A DNA stretch of 64,000 nt from an uncultured Oscillospiraceae bacterium (GTDB lineage: Bacteria; Bacillota; Clostridia; Oscillospirales; Oscillospiraceae): positions 1,064 through 65,063 of the forward strand of contig CAZTNP010000002.1 of the NCBI GenBank assembly GCA_964615545.1, given 5' to 3'. Position numbers and translations under genes: made by a program. Under the pieces are notes generated by a model. It saw only the letters and a list, made by a program, of their open reading frames with translations, made no database searches and was not told where the DNA came from. Below are positions 19,588-27,592 of this stretch, piece by piece. Numbering within the stretch: position 1 is the first letter of the stretch; every line of letters starts with the position of its first letter.

Positions 19588-19622
19588 ACATAAAAATCTG
19601 CATAATAGAGAGGATGTTACCG

Positions 19623-21302
19623 ATGGCTGAAATCACAGAAAGTAAAAATTTCATCCACGCGTTTATTGAGGAGGACATTGCAGAGGGCGGTCAGTTTGCC
19701 GGTCAGACTGTGCATACCCGGTTTCCGCCGGAGCCAAACGGCTATTTGCACATTGGGCACTGCAAGGCACTGATCATTGACTTCGGCACCGCAGAGAAAT
19801 TCGGCGGTATGTGCAATCTGCGTATGGATGACACCAATCCTACTAAAGAGGATGTGGAGTTTGTGGAAGCCATTCAGGAGGATATCCGCTGGCTTGGCTT
19901 TGACTGGGATGACCGTTTCTACTATGGCTCCGACTACTTTGAGAAAGACTATGAATACGCTGTGGAGCTGATTCAGAAGGGTCTTGCCTATGTATGCGAG
20001 CTGACACCGGAGCAATTTAAGGAGAACCGTGGTGATTTAAATACCCCTGCCACTTCTCCGTACCGGGATCGTCCTGTTGAAGAAAGCCTGGATCTTTTCC
20101 GCCGTATGCGTGAGGGCGAATTTGAGGATAACCGCTACACGCTTCGTGCAAAAATTGACCTGGCTTCTGGAAACTTCAATATGCGTGACCCGGTCATTTA
20201 CCGGATCCGCCATATGCATCATCACCGTCAGGGGGATAAATGGTGCATCTATCCGATGTATGACTTTGCTCATCCCATCCAGGATGCATTGGAAGGCATT
20301 ACCCACAGCCTTTGCTCCCTGGAGTTTGAAAACCACCGTCCTCTATATAACTGGGTAGTGGAGCACGTGTCCGTTCCCCATCATCCCCGTCAGATTGAAT
20401 TTGCGCGGCTGGGTATTGACCATACCGTGCTGAGTAAGCGCAAGCTGCGGCAGCTTGTGGAGGAAGGCCGGGTTTCCGGCTGGGATGACCCCCGTATGCC
20501 CACACTGTGCGGTCTGCGCCGCCGTGGTTATACGCCTGCTTCTATCCGTAATTTCTGTGATCGGGTCGGTGTTGCCAAATCCCCCAATACCATCGAATAT
20601 GGCTTTCTGGAGCATTGCCTCCGGGAGGATCTGAACGAAACAGCACAGCGTGTTATGGCAGTACTCAAGCCGATTAAGCTGACTATAACCAATTACCCCG
20701 AGGGAAAAACAGAATGCTTCGAGGTTGAGAATAATCCGAACGATCCCGCAGCAGGCACACGGCAGATTACCTTCTCCCGTAATCTTTGGATCGAAGCAGA
20801 CGATTTTCTGGCTGAGCCCATTCCCAAGTACAAGCGGCTGTTTCCCAACGGACCTGAATGCCGCCTGAAGGGTGCCTACCTGATCACCTGCACCGGTTGC
20901 GTTACCGATGATAACGGAAATGTAACTGAGGTATTGGCAACCTATGATCCTATGTCCAGCGGCGGAGATCCCGCAGATGGCCGCAAGGTCAAGGGTGCAA
21001 CCATCCATTGGGTAGATGCCGGTAATTGCCGGGATGCCGAGGTTCGCCAGTACAGCAACCTCTTTGACGATCCCGACCCGGATGCCTCCGGCAAGGATTT
21101 CATCTCCTGTCTGAACCCAAATTCTCTGGAGATCCTCACCGGCTGCAAGGTGGAGGCCAGCCTATCCAACGCCAAAGCCCCCGCCTCTTACCAGTTCATG
21201 CGCCTGGGCTACTTCTGCCCGGACAGCAAAGACTGTACCCCCGATCATCTGGTCTTCAACCGCTCCGTCAGCCTAAAAGACAGCTTCAAACCCGCCAAAT
21301 AA
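19623..21302 (+). CDS. glnS: Glutamine--tRNA ligase
   Basis: TRFPPEPNGYLHIGH, LSKRKL, GWDDPRMPT, QFMRLGYF (alternative start 19614). Confidence 0.97.
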   Translation: MAEITESKNFIHAFIEEDIAEGGQFAGQTVHTRFPPEPNGYLHIGHCKALIIDFGTAEKFGGMCNLRMDDTNPTKEDVEFVEAIQEDIRWLGFDWDDRFYYGSDYFEKDYEYAVELIQKGLAYVCELTPEQFKENRGDLNTPATSPYRDRPVEESLDLFRRMREGEFEDNRYTLRAKIDLASGNFNMRDPVIYRIRHMHHHRQGDKWCIYPMYDFAHPIQDALEGITHSLCSLEFENHRPLYNWVVEHVSVPHHPRQIEFARLGIDHTVLSKRKLRQLVEEGRVSGWDDPRMPTLCGLRRRGYTPASIRNFCDRVGVAKSPNTIEYGFLEHCLREDLNETAQRVMAVLKPIKLTITNYPEGKTECFEVENNPNDPAAGTRQITFSRNLWIEADDFLAEPIPKYKRLFPNGPECRLKGAYLITCTGCVTDDNGNVTEVLATYDPMSSGGDPADGRKVKGATIHWVDAGNCRDAEVRQYSNLFDDPDPDASGKDFISCLNPNSLEILTGCKVEASLSNAKAPASYQFMRLGYFCPDSKDCTPDHLVFNRSVSLKDSFKPAK

Positions 21303-21303
21303 T

Positions 21304-21884
21304 ATCGAGTAGGAGGGAATTCCCCCTCCTCTCACACCACCGTGCGTGCCGTTCGGCACACGGCGGTTCAGTTCGCAATCCCATATTGGTTCAACGCTTT
21401 TGCTTATTCTAATCTAAGACTTCCTGTATTTCGCATCATATACGTTTCAGCTACTCTACATATCAATTCCAAGCAGAACATCTTTTATATGTGATATTAA
21501 ACTGTTCAGTCCTTCCCGTTTTCTCGGTACTATGACCTCTGCTAACTTCTCATAGTTCGTTGTTACTACAAAAAAACTTTCGTCTGCAAGACCTTCTCGG
21601 GTAAACGTTACCACCTTCACCTCGTGTATCTGCTACATTTACACCTTGAAATTCGGGCAATATTGGACTTCGTTTTGTGTAGGAAACTCGTCCGTTTCAA
21701 AATGCCTTATATGTAGTTTCTGTTCGTCAGACCGTGGCCTTGCCCATCGGGAACTTCTTATCCCTCAATCCGGCTTTCTTCAGACTCCACCTCACGATGG
21801 ACGCCCTTGCCTTTGGCTAACAGTTCCTACTGCCAAGTCTGTAGTGGACTTTCACCGCCAAGTGATAATGCGTGCCGAGCACAC
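21304..21884 (-). mobile_element. ORF-less group IIC intron ribozyme (581 nt)
   Basis: Minus strand starts GTGTGCTCGGC and contains the class C domain I-III motifs (GGCAG..AACTGTTAGCC, GCAAGGG.GTCC, GGTCTGA.GAACA, TTACCCG.GA.GGTC, AGAAGT.AGCAGA.GTCATAGTACC, GGGAAGGACTGAAC). Domain V is GAACCGCCGTGTGCCGAACGGCACGCACGGTGGTG and domain VI ends CCTACTCGAT. Inserted just after a terminator stem; no RT ORF. Confidence 0.93.
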
Positions 21885-21888
21885 TATC

Positions 21889-21929
21889 AAATTTCCCGTG
21901 TAGTTTTAGTAACTACACGGGAAATTTTT
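21889..21929. terminator. Bidirectional intrinsic terminator; target hairpin of the group IIC intron
   Basis: aaatttcccgtgtagtt...aactacacgggaaattt perfect inverted repeat. Confidence 0.85.
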
Positions 21930-21945
21930 ATTATTCAAGGATAGT

Positions 21946-23892
21946 TTAAATGCAAATCGTTTCTTCCAGCAAAACACTATGTGCATTCTTGCAAATTTGA
22001 ATATAATACCTGCCATTTGGAATGATCCAGCGATGCTCTGCCACGCTATACTGGGCAAAGCTCTCAAGTGGCAGATGAAAATGCACTTTCTTTTCCTCTC
22101 CAATTTCCAGCATTTCCTTACAGAATGCTCTCAATTCCCGCAGAGGTCTATCCTCTGTTCGTTCTGCCGTACCAACATATAGCTGCACAACCTCTTTGCC
22201 TGCATAGCAGCCGGTATTTTTAATTCCTACAGTGATTTCAAAGCCATTGTCCACAGCGGTGCACTTCAAATCATAATATGCAAATGAGGTGTAGCTCAGC
22301 CCATATCCAAAAGGGTATAATACAGGAACCTGCGCACCGGCAAAATAGCGATACCCCACTGAAAGCCGTTCCTCATAGAATATATATGCTTCATCCCGTT
22401 GTGTATTTTCTGCCGGAATATCCTTTATATTCTTGGCATATGTCTCGGTCAATCTTCCAGACGGAATGGTCGCACCGGTAAGAATGGCAGCAACCGCCTG
22501 TGACACATTTTGCCCGCCAAATCCGGCAAGTACCACTGCATCCGCAAGCTGATCAACCTCTGTCAAATCCACAGCAGAGCCAGCATATACTACAACCACA
22601 AGTTTTTTTGAGCACTTGCGTAAGTACCGCAGTGCATCCATTTCTTCCGGGGTAAGCGTAATATTCTGACGATCGGTCTCTTCTACCTCAGCACCTGCGC
22701 CTGTCCCTACCGTTAGCACTGTTACATCGCTTTGGGCGCCGTCACAGCATGCTTTTGTAATATTTCCCATAGAAACGCAGCTTCCATATACCTTGCCAAT
22801 ACTTTCAGAATAAAAAGCATCCATTCCGTCGTACTTTTTCAGTGCATCCACCAAGCTAACAAACGGTCTGTTTGGAATAACCGCACTGCTTCCACCACCG
22901 TAATAATACATATATGCAGGTGCGCCGGTCACCATTATTCTTCCGGCTTTCAATGGCAGAATACCGTTATTCTTCAATAAAACGATGCCATCTTCTTCAA
23001 TTTTCTGAGAAATAGTTATTCTATCTTCCTCGCTCCAGTGTACGCTCTGAAGCATTCTTTCCTTTTCCACCTTTTGGGAAAGGCTTATAATTCTTCCGGA
23101 AGACGCAGCCAAACACTTTTCGTCCACTTCCCCTGCCTGTAAATGACAATACATTTGCTCAGCGTGTACTGGATTGTAAGGAAATTCCAAGTCTAAACCT
23201 GCATGAAGAGATTTCAAAGGATCCTGAACCGCCTCCCAGTCGGAAACGATTACCCCATCAAAACCCATTTCTTCACGCAGGACCTGATTGAGTTCCCGAT
23301 TGGCACTCATTCTCACACCGTTGACCAAATTATAGGAAGTCATAACCATCCAGGGCCTAGCCTGAGTAGCTATGAAAAATGGCTTTAAATAAATCTCATA
23401 GAGTGTCTGCTCGTCAACCTCTGAAGATAGCCAATACCGTGCATACTCCCGGTTGTTGCAGCAATAATGCTTTAAACTGGTACCCACATGGCCGGACTGA
23501 ACCCCCTCGATAAAGGCCTTTCCAAACACACCTGCTACATAAGGATCTTCACTGAAATACTCAAAATTTCTTCCGCACAACGGTGTGCGTTTGATATTTA
23601 CTCCAGGACCAAGCAATACATCCACATTATGCACAATACAATCGTCCGCAATTGCTCTTCCCATTTGCCAGGCAAAAGACAAATCCCAGGTCTGAGCTAA
23701 CATTTGATAGCAGGGATAGGCTACAGCAGGATAAATACTATCATTTTGCCAGCTATCAGTCACCGCAAGGCAACGCAGGCCTAATGGTCCATCGCTTACT
23801 TTGATTCGGTTAAGCTTTCCATTCAGATCTTCTGTTTCCCACCAGTCTTTCGCCATAACCAACTTGATTTGTTCTTCCTTTGTTATATCCAT
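21946..23892 (-). CDS. Glycoside hydrolase family 3 (beta-glucosidase-like), cytoplasmic
   Basis: DGPLG, RTPLCGRNFEYFSEDP, KHY, nucleophile VSDW, YPFGYGLSYT, EVVQLY FnIII domain. Confidence 0.92.
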   Translation of the reverse strand: MDITKEEQIKLVMAKDWWETEDLNGKLNRIKVSDGPLGLRCLAVTDSWQNDSIYPAVAYPCYQMLAQTWDLSFAWQMGRAIADDCIVHNVDVLLGPGVNIKRTPLCGRNFEYFSEDPYVAGVFGKAFIEGVQSGHVGTSLKHYCCNNREYARYWLSSEVDEQTLYEIYLKPFFIATQARPWMVMTSYNLVNGVRMSANRELNQVLREEMGFDGVIVSDWEAVQDPLKSLHAGLDLEFPYNPVHAEQMYCHLQAGEVDEKCLAASSGRIISLSQKVEKERMLQSVHWSEEDRITISQKIEEDGIVLLKNNGILPLKAGRIMVTGAPAYMYYYGGGSSAVIPNRPFVSLVDALKKYDGMDAFYSESIGKVYGSCVSMGNITKACCDGAQSDVTVLTVGTGAGAEVEETDRQNITLTPEEMDALRYLRKCSKKLVVVVYAGSAVDLTEVDQLADAVVLAGFGGQNVSQAVAAILTGATIPSGRLTETYAKNIKDIPAENTQRDEAYIFYEERLSVGYRYFAGAQVPVLYPFGYGLSYTSFAYYDLKCTAVDNGFEITVGIKNTGCYAGKEVVQLYVGTAERTEDRPLRELRAFCKEMLEIGEEKKVHFHLPLESFAQYSVAEHRWIIPNGRYYIQICKNAHSVLLEETICI

Positions 23893-23897
23893 TGTCT

Positions 23898-25940
23898 TTA
23901 TTCCTTTACTTCCGGAATTTTCATTTGGAACATACAGTCAGCCAAATCTTTACAATGTGCCAATACAGAAAGTGCAGTTTGGCCAGGTGCCGGTCTGACA
24001 GCAACACTGATTTTTCCCATATACATTTTGCGAACAGGTAAGCTTACACGGGTATGGTCGCAATTATCTGATCCTGTACCAACAAGCTGCGCCGGCGAAT
24101 TCACAGAGAATGTTACAGTTTCCTCCGCATCCGGAACAATTCGTCCCTGTGCATCCTCACACTGACAGGTAAATAGTGCAAGATCATTTCCATTTGCCTC
24201 AAAAGTATTATCCAAAGTCAATGTCAGCTTTACCGGCTTGCCTGTAGTGATACGGCTGTCACTGCAAACTATCTCCCCATTTTGGTAGCCATACACTTTT
24301 ATTTCACCCGGCTCATATATCACATACCAGTTTCCTCGTCCGTAAGGCTCTATCTGCTTTCTGCCCAAGGATTTGCCATTACAAAACAGCTCCAATTCCT
24401 GACAGTTCGTATAAATAGGCACTAAAATTCCCTTGCCCTCTAAGCCAGTAAAATTCCAATGCGGTACAATATGTGCCATAGGCTTTTGCGTCCAATGGGA
24501 AAGATTCTGATAAAAACCACTTTTTTTCTGAAGAAACAGGTCTATTGATCCGGAGCTCGAGCAAATACGCGGCCATGAGGCCTCGCCACGGTGCTCTACG
24601 GCATCCCACTGATAGGCACCAATTACATACGGCCGTTCCATCAGGAATTTCCATGTCCGTTCATGACCCCAGAACCAGTCATTTCCATCTTGATCCAATT
24701 CCTGAAGACGGTAAGCTGTGTCACTGGGGAAGCACCAATCACGGGAGGTTCCTGCTGCTGCGCATTCTGATGCCAGGACAGCTTTCTCCGGATAGCACTG
24801 GTGCACACGATCATAAAGTGGAAGATTGTAATTAATGCCGATCACATCACAATCATCGTATATAGTAGACTGATCCGGATCCTTGTCCTGAGCCGCCAGA
24901 ATAATCCTCGTATCATCAAGCTTTCGGATAAAAGATGCAACGGATCGATGGATTCGCCTTCCGATATCTTGGATATGAAGTGGTTCCTCATTACTGGTAG
25001 ACCAAAAAATCACACTGGGACGGTTTCTGTCACGCTTTACAAGTGAAGAAAGCTGTTCAAACGCCTCCTTGGTGCTTTCAAACCATCGTGCCTCATCCAT
25101 AACCAGGAAGCCCATCTCATCAAAAGCATCCATATAAGCTTCCGTTTGTTGATAATGGCTGGTACGATAGCCGTTGGCTCCCATCTGCTTCATAAGTAAA
25201 ACTTTATAGCGTGCTACATTATCCGGCACAGCAAGTCCGGTGATTCCGTAATCCTGATGTGCGCAAACTCCCCGGATGAATGTTCTTTTTCCATTGAGCA
25301 GAAGGCCCTTTTCCCCAGAAACTTCTACTGTGCGGAAACCGATACGGGTGTAGTTCTCATCTACAGGCTGTCCATCCATATATAGCACCGTGTGAACAGT
25401 ATATAGATTGGGCGTATCACAGTCCCAAAGCAAGGGGGCTTCCAGTACCATATCAGAGAAAACCGTTCCCTTATCTCTATCTGAAATCATCCCGGAAGCT
25501 TCCGTCTGTGCTACACACTTTCCATTTTTATCCAGCAAACGAGATGCTGCTGTCACATAGCTTTCCGCAAAGGAAGCATTAACAACAGTCGTTTGAATTT
25601 GTACATACCAGCTTTTTTGTCCAGTCTTTTTGTAGGGTACATATACACCCCAAAGATCAATAGCCACCGGTTCCGTAATAATCAGGTGGACATCCCGGTA
25701 TATCCCACCGCCCTGATACCACCAGCCTTCGAACTGCTGCCTGTCAATATATACTGCCAAAACATTTTCCGAATCATAATAGACATAATCGCTGATATCA
25801 ATTTCAAATGTATTAAAGCCAAGCCAAGCATTGTGAATACTGATAGCACCCGCTGTAAAATCGCTGTATCTTCTGTCTAGTCTCTCATACTTTTGGGCGG
25901 GGGTCATCTTCTTTTTAGAGGTCAGTTTCTGTCTTGCCAT
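23898..25940 (-). CDS. Glycoside hydrolase family 2 (beta-galactosidase-like), N-terminally truncated or chimeric
   Basis: WYQGGGIYRDV, GFR, RTSHY, RDRNRPSVIFWS.SNE, ASE nucleophile; the first ~28 aa do not resemble GH2. Confidence 0.85.
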   Translation of the reverse strand: MARQKLTSKKKMTPAQKYERLDRRYSDFTAGAISIHNAWLGFNTFEIDISDYVYYDSENVLAVYIDRQQFEGWWYQGGGIYRDVHLIITEPVAIDLWGVYVPYKKTGQKSWYVQIQTTVVNASFAESYVTAASRLLDKNGKCVAQTEASGMISDRDKGTVFSDMVLEAPLLWDCDTPNLYTVHTVLYMDGQPVDENYTRIGFRTVEVSGEKGLLLNGKRTFIRGVCAHQDYGITGLAVPDNVARYKVLLMKQMGANGYRTSHYQQTEAYMDAFDEMGFLVMDEARWFESTKEAFEQLSSLVKRDRNRPSVIFWSTSNEEPLHIQDIGRRIHRSVASFIRKLDDTRIILAAQDKDPDQSTIYDDCDVIGINYNLPLYDRVHQCYPEKAVLASECAAAGTSRDWCFPSDTAYRLQELDQDGNDWFWGHERTWKFLMERPYVIGAYQWDAVEHRGEASWPRICSSSGSIDLFLQKKSGFYQNLSHWTQKPMAHIVPHWNFTGLEGKGILVPIYTNCQELELFCNGKSLGRKQIEPYGRGNWYVIYEPGEIKVYGYQNGEIVCSDSRITTGKPVKLTLTLDNTFEANGNDLALFTCQCEDAQGRIVPDAEETVTFSVNSPAQLVGTGSDNCDHTRVSLPVRKMYMGKISVAVRPAPGQTALSVLAHCKDLADCMFQMKIPEVKE

Positions 25941-25961
25941 AGTATCAGCTCCTTATGTTGT

Positions 25962-25991
25962 ATTCTATCACACAACACACACGATTAGCAA
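25962..25991 (-). promoter_or_regulatory. Putative sigma-A promoter of the GH2-GH3 islet
   Basis: TTGCTA-N18-TAGAAT with extended TG, followed by a TAAGGAG RBS. Confidence 0.5.
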
Positions 25992-26077
25992 GAGACGATT
26001 GCCAAAAACTGAATACACGATTTGGCTCTTTCTCTTGGGTTTGGAGCGGGCTTCTAAACTGCCCCAAAAGGGCAAAG

Positions 26078-26119
26078 AAAAAACCCAAAACCCTTAGAGT
26101 ATCTAAGAGTTTTGGGTTC
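26078..26119 (-). terminator. Terminator after tRNA-Ser
   Basis: aacccaaaac.cttaga...tctaag.gttttgggtt stem with a T-run. Confidence 0.7.
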
Positions 26120-26211
26120 TGGCGGAGAAGGAGGGATTTGAACCCTCGATACCCTTTTGGGGTATACACGATTTCCAATCGTGCGCGCTCGGCCAGCTAC
26201 GCGACTTCTCC
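26120..26211 (-). tRNA. tRNA-Ser(GGA)
   Basis: GGAGAAG acceptor, anticodon arm CACGA TTGGAAA TCGTG, long variable arm, GGTTCAAATC T-loop, encoded CCA. Confidence 0.96.
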
Positions 26212-26238
26212 ATACATCGCAGTTTTAACCGCTTGAGT

Positions 26239-26267
26239 ATTCTACTTCATTTTCTTATATTTGTCAA
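26239..26267 (-). promoter_or_regulatory. sigma-A promoter of tRNA-Ser
   Basis: TTGACA-N17-TAGAAT. Confidence 0.75.
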
Positions 26268-26344
26268 GCATTTTTTTGTTTTTCTCAAAAAACTGTTTCT
26301 CAAAAAACTTTTTAAACTTGACACCGTCCTTTGAAAAAAATCAG

Positions 26345-26373
26345 TTGACATTTTTCAGGAAAGAATATATAAT
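26345..26373 (+). promoter_or_regulatory. sigma-A promoter of tRNA-Thr
   Basis: Perfect TTGACA-N17-TATAAT. Confidence 0.85.
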
Positions 26374-26382
26374 TAATGGGAT

Positions 26383-26458
26383 GCTACTGTGGCTCAGTCG
26401 GTAGAGCAGCTGATTCGTAATCAGCAGGCCGCCGGTTCAAGTCCGGCCAGTAGCTCCA
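26383..26458 (+). tRNA. tRNA-Thr(CGT)
   Basis: GCTACTG acceptor, CTGAT TCGTA ATCAG anticodon arm, GGTTCAAGTCC, CCA end. Confidence 0.96.
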
Positions 26459-26459
26459 T

Positions 26460-26497
26460 AAAAGTCACCTTTGTCGATTGGCAAGGGTGACTTTTTC
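26460..26497 (+). terminator. Terminator after tRNA-Thr
   Basis: aaaagtcacc...ggtgactttt. Confidence 0.8.
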
Positions 26498-26630
26498 GTT
26501 GCGAATTTTACTTCCTTGCCACCGACTGTTCCTGTTTCCAGCTATAGCCAACGGTTTTTATTCGGTCATACTGTTTTCTCTGGCCTGCGGCCTTGCAAAA
26601 GCTGCTGTATTTCTTTTATAATTGGTACGC

Positions 26631-26668
26631 AAAAGTGAGGTCAGGCTGTTGGTCCTGACCTCACTTTC
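26631..26668 (-). terminator. Terminator of the topoisomerase-yitT operon
   Basis: aaagtgaggtcagg...cctgacctcacttt. Confidence 0.75.
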
Positions 26669-26709
26669 GTAAATAGAGAGTATATAATCTCCACAAACGG
26701 CTTATAGAA

Positions 26710-27573
26710 TTATAAATTGAATTTGGAATAGCGGGCAAAGCCGTCACCTAAAACCTGATGTGCTTCCTGCACAATGATGAAGGCATCCGGATCTACTTCC
26801 ACAACAATGCGCTTCAAATCGGAGATCTGCTGTTTTTTCACAGCAGTAAGCACCACCTTTGTATCCTGACCACTGTAGACACCCTGTCCATTCAGGAATG
26901 TAGCACCACGGTGGAGCTGGGAACCGATTTCTTCCGCAATCCGGGCATATTGCTTGCTGATCACAATAGCAACCTTGGAATAATCGAAGCGATAGACCAC
27001 CGCATCGATCACCCAGCCGGTGATAAAGATACAGACTCCGCTATACAGTGCTGTATTCACATCCTTGAAAACCAAGCCAGTCATCACTGCCACAGACATA
27101 TCGAAGCAAGTGGTGATATTTCCAATAGGGATATACTGATACTTCAGCTTCAGCAGCCTGACAATAATATCTGAGCCGCCGGTGGAGCCTCCAACACTGA
27201 AAACCAGTCCCAAGCCAAAGCCGCAGATCACGCCGCCATAGATTGCACCAATCAGCGGCTCGGTTGTGGGGATTGGCAAAAAGGCAAACAGGTCGATACA
27301 AAGTGACAGCAGTGCCATACCGATCAAAGATTTGACAAAAAACTCCTTGCCGATTTTCAATCCCGCAATGGCAAACAGAGGGAGATTGATTAAAACAGAG
27401 ACAAGTCCGATGGAGCCCATACCAATAAACTCCACAATAACCATAGAAAGTCCGGATACACCGCCGGCGTTTAATCCATGCGGCTCCAAAAACAGGTTAA
27501 AGCCCACACCAAACAGCGCACAGCCAAGTATAATTTTCAAATAGGTAAAAGACTGTTTTAATACGCGATCCAT
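26710..27573 (-). CDS. YitT family membrane protein (DUF161/DUF2179)
   Basis: GGVSGL, NLPLF, GGSTGGSD, RGAT..G.G.YS, DPDAF; ATG 27573 after GGAGG. Confidence 0.92.
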   Translation of the reverse strand: MDRVLKQSFTYLKIILGCALFGVGFNLFLEPHGLNAGGVSGLSMVIVEFIGMGSIGLVSVLINLPLFAIAGLKIGKEFFVKSLIGMALLSLCIDLFAFLPIPTTEPLIGAIYGGVICGFGLGLVFSVGGSTGGSDIIVRLLKLKYQYIPIGNITTCFDMSVAVMTGLVFKDVNTALYSGVCIFITGWVIDAVVYRFDYSKVAIVISKQYARIAEEIGSQLHRGATFLNGQGVYSGQDTKVVLTAVKKQQISDLKRIVVEVDPDAFIIVQEAHQVLGDGFARYSKFNL

Positions 27574-27592
27574 AAAAAACCTCCGCCACCAC

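Noticed and set aside
21311-21321. aggagggaatt resembling the tRNA-Ser 3' end (possible att site bounding the GH islet)
   Set aside because: Only a 10/11 match, and fully explained as intron domain VI.
21368-21403. Short frame AKALNQYGIAN* ending at domain V, a possible RT C-terminal remnant
   Set aside because: Only 11 codons and preceded by a stop; too short to support homology.
21646-21903. 85-aa plus-strand ORF
   Set aside because: Antisense to intron domain I; spurious.
26062-26072. ccccaaaaggg, an inverted match to the tRNA-Ser variable arm
   Set aside because: A low-complexity 11-mer in the wrong orientation for an att duplication.
25945-26236. Small ORFs at 25945-26178 and 25955-26236 (also 35485-35737)
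   Set aside because: They overlap tRNA genes.
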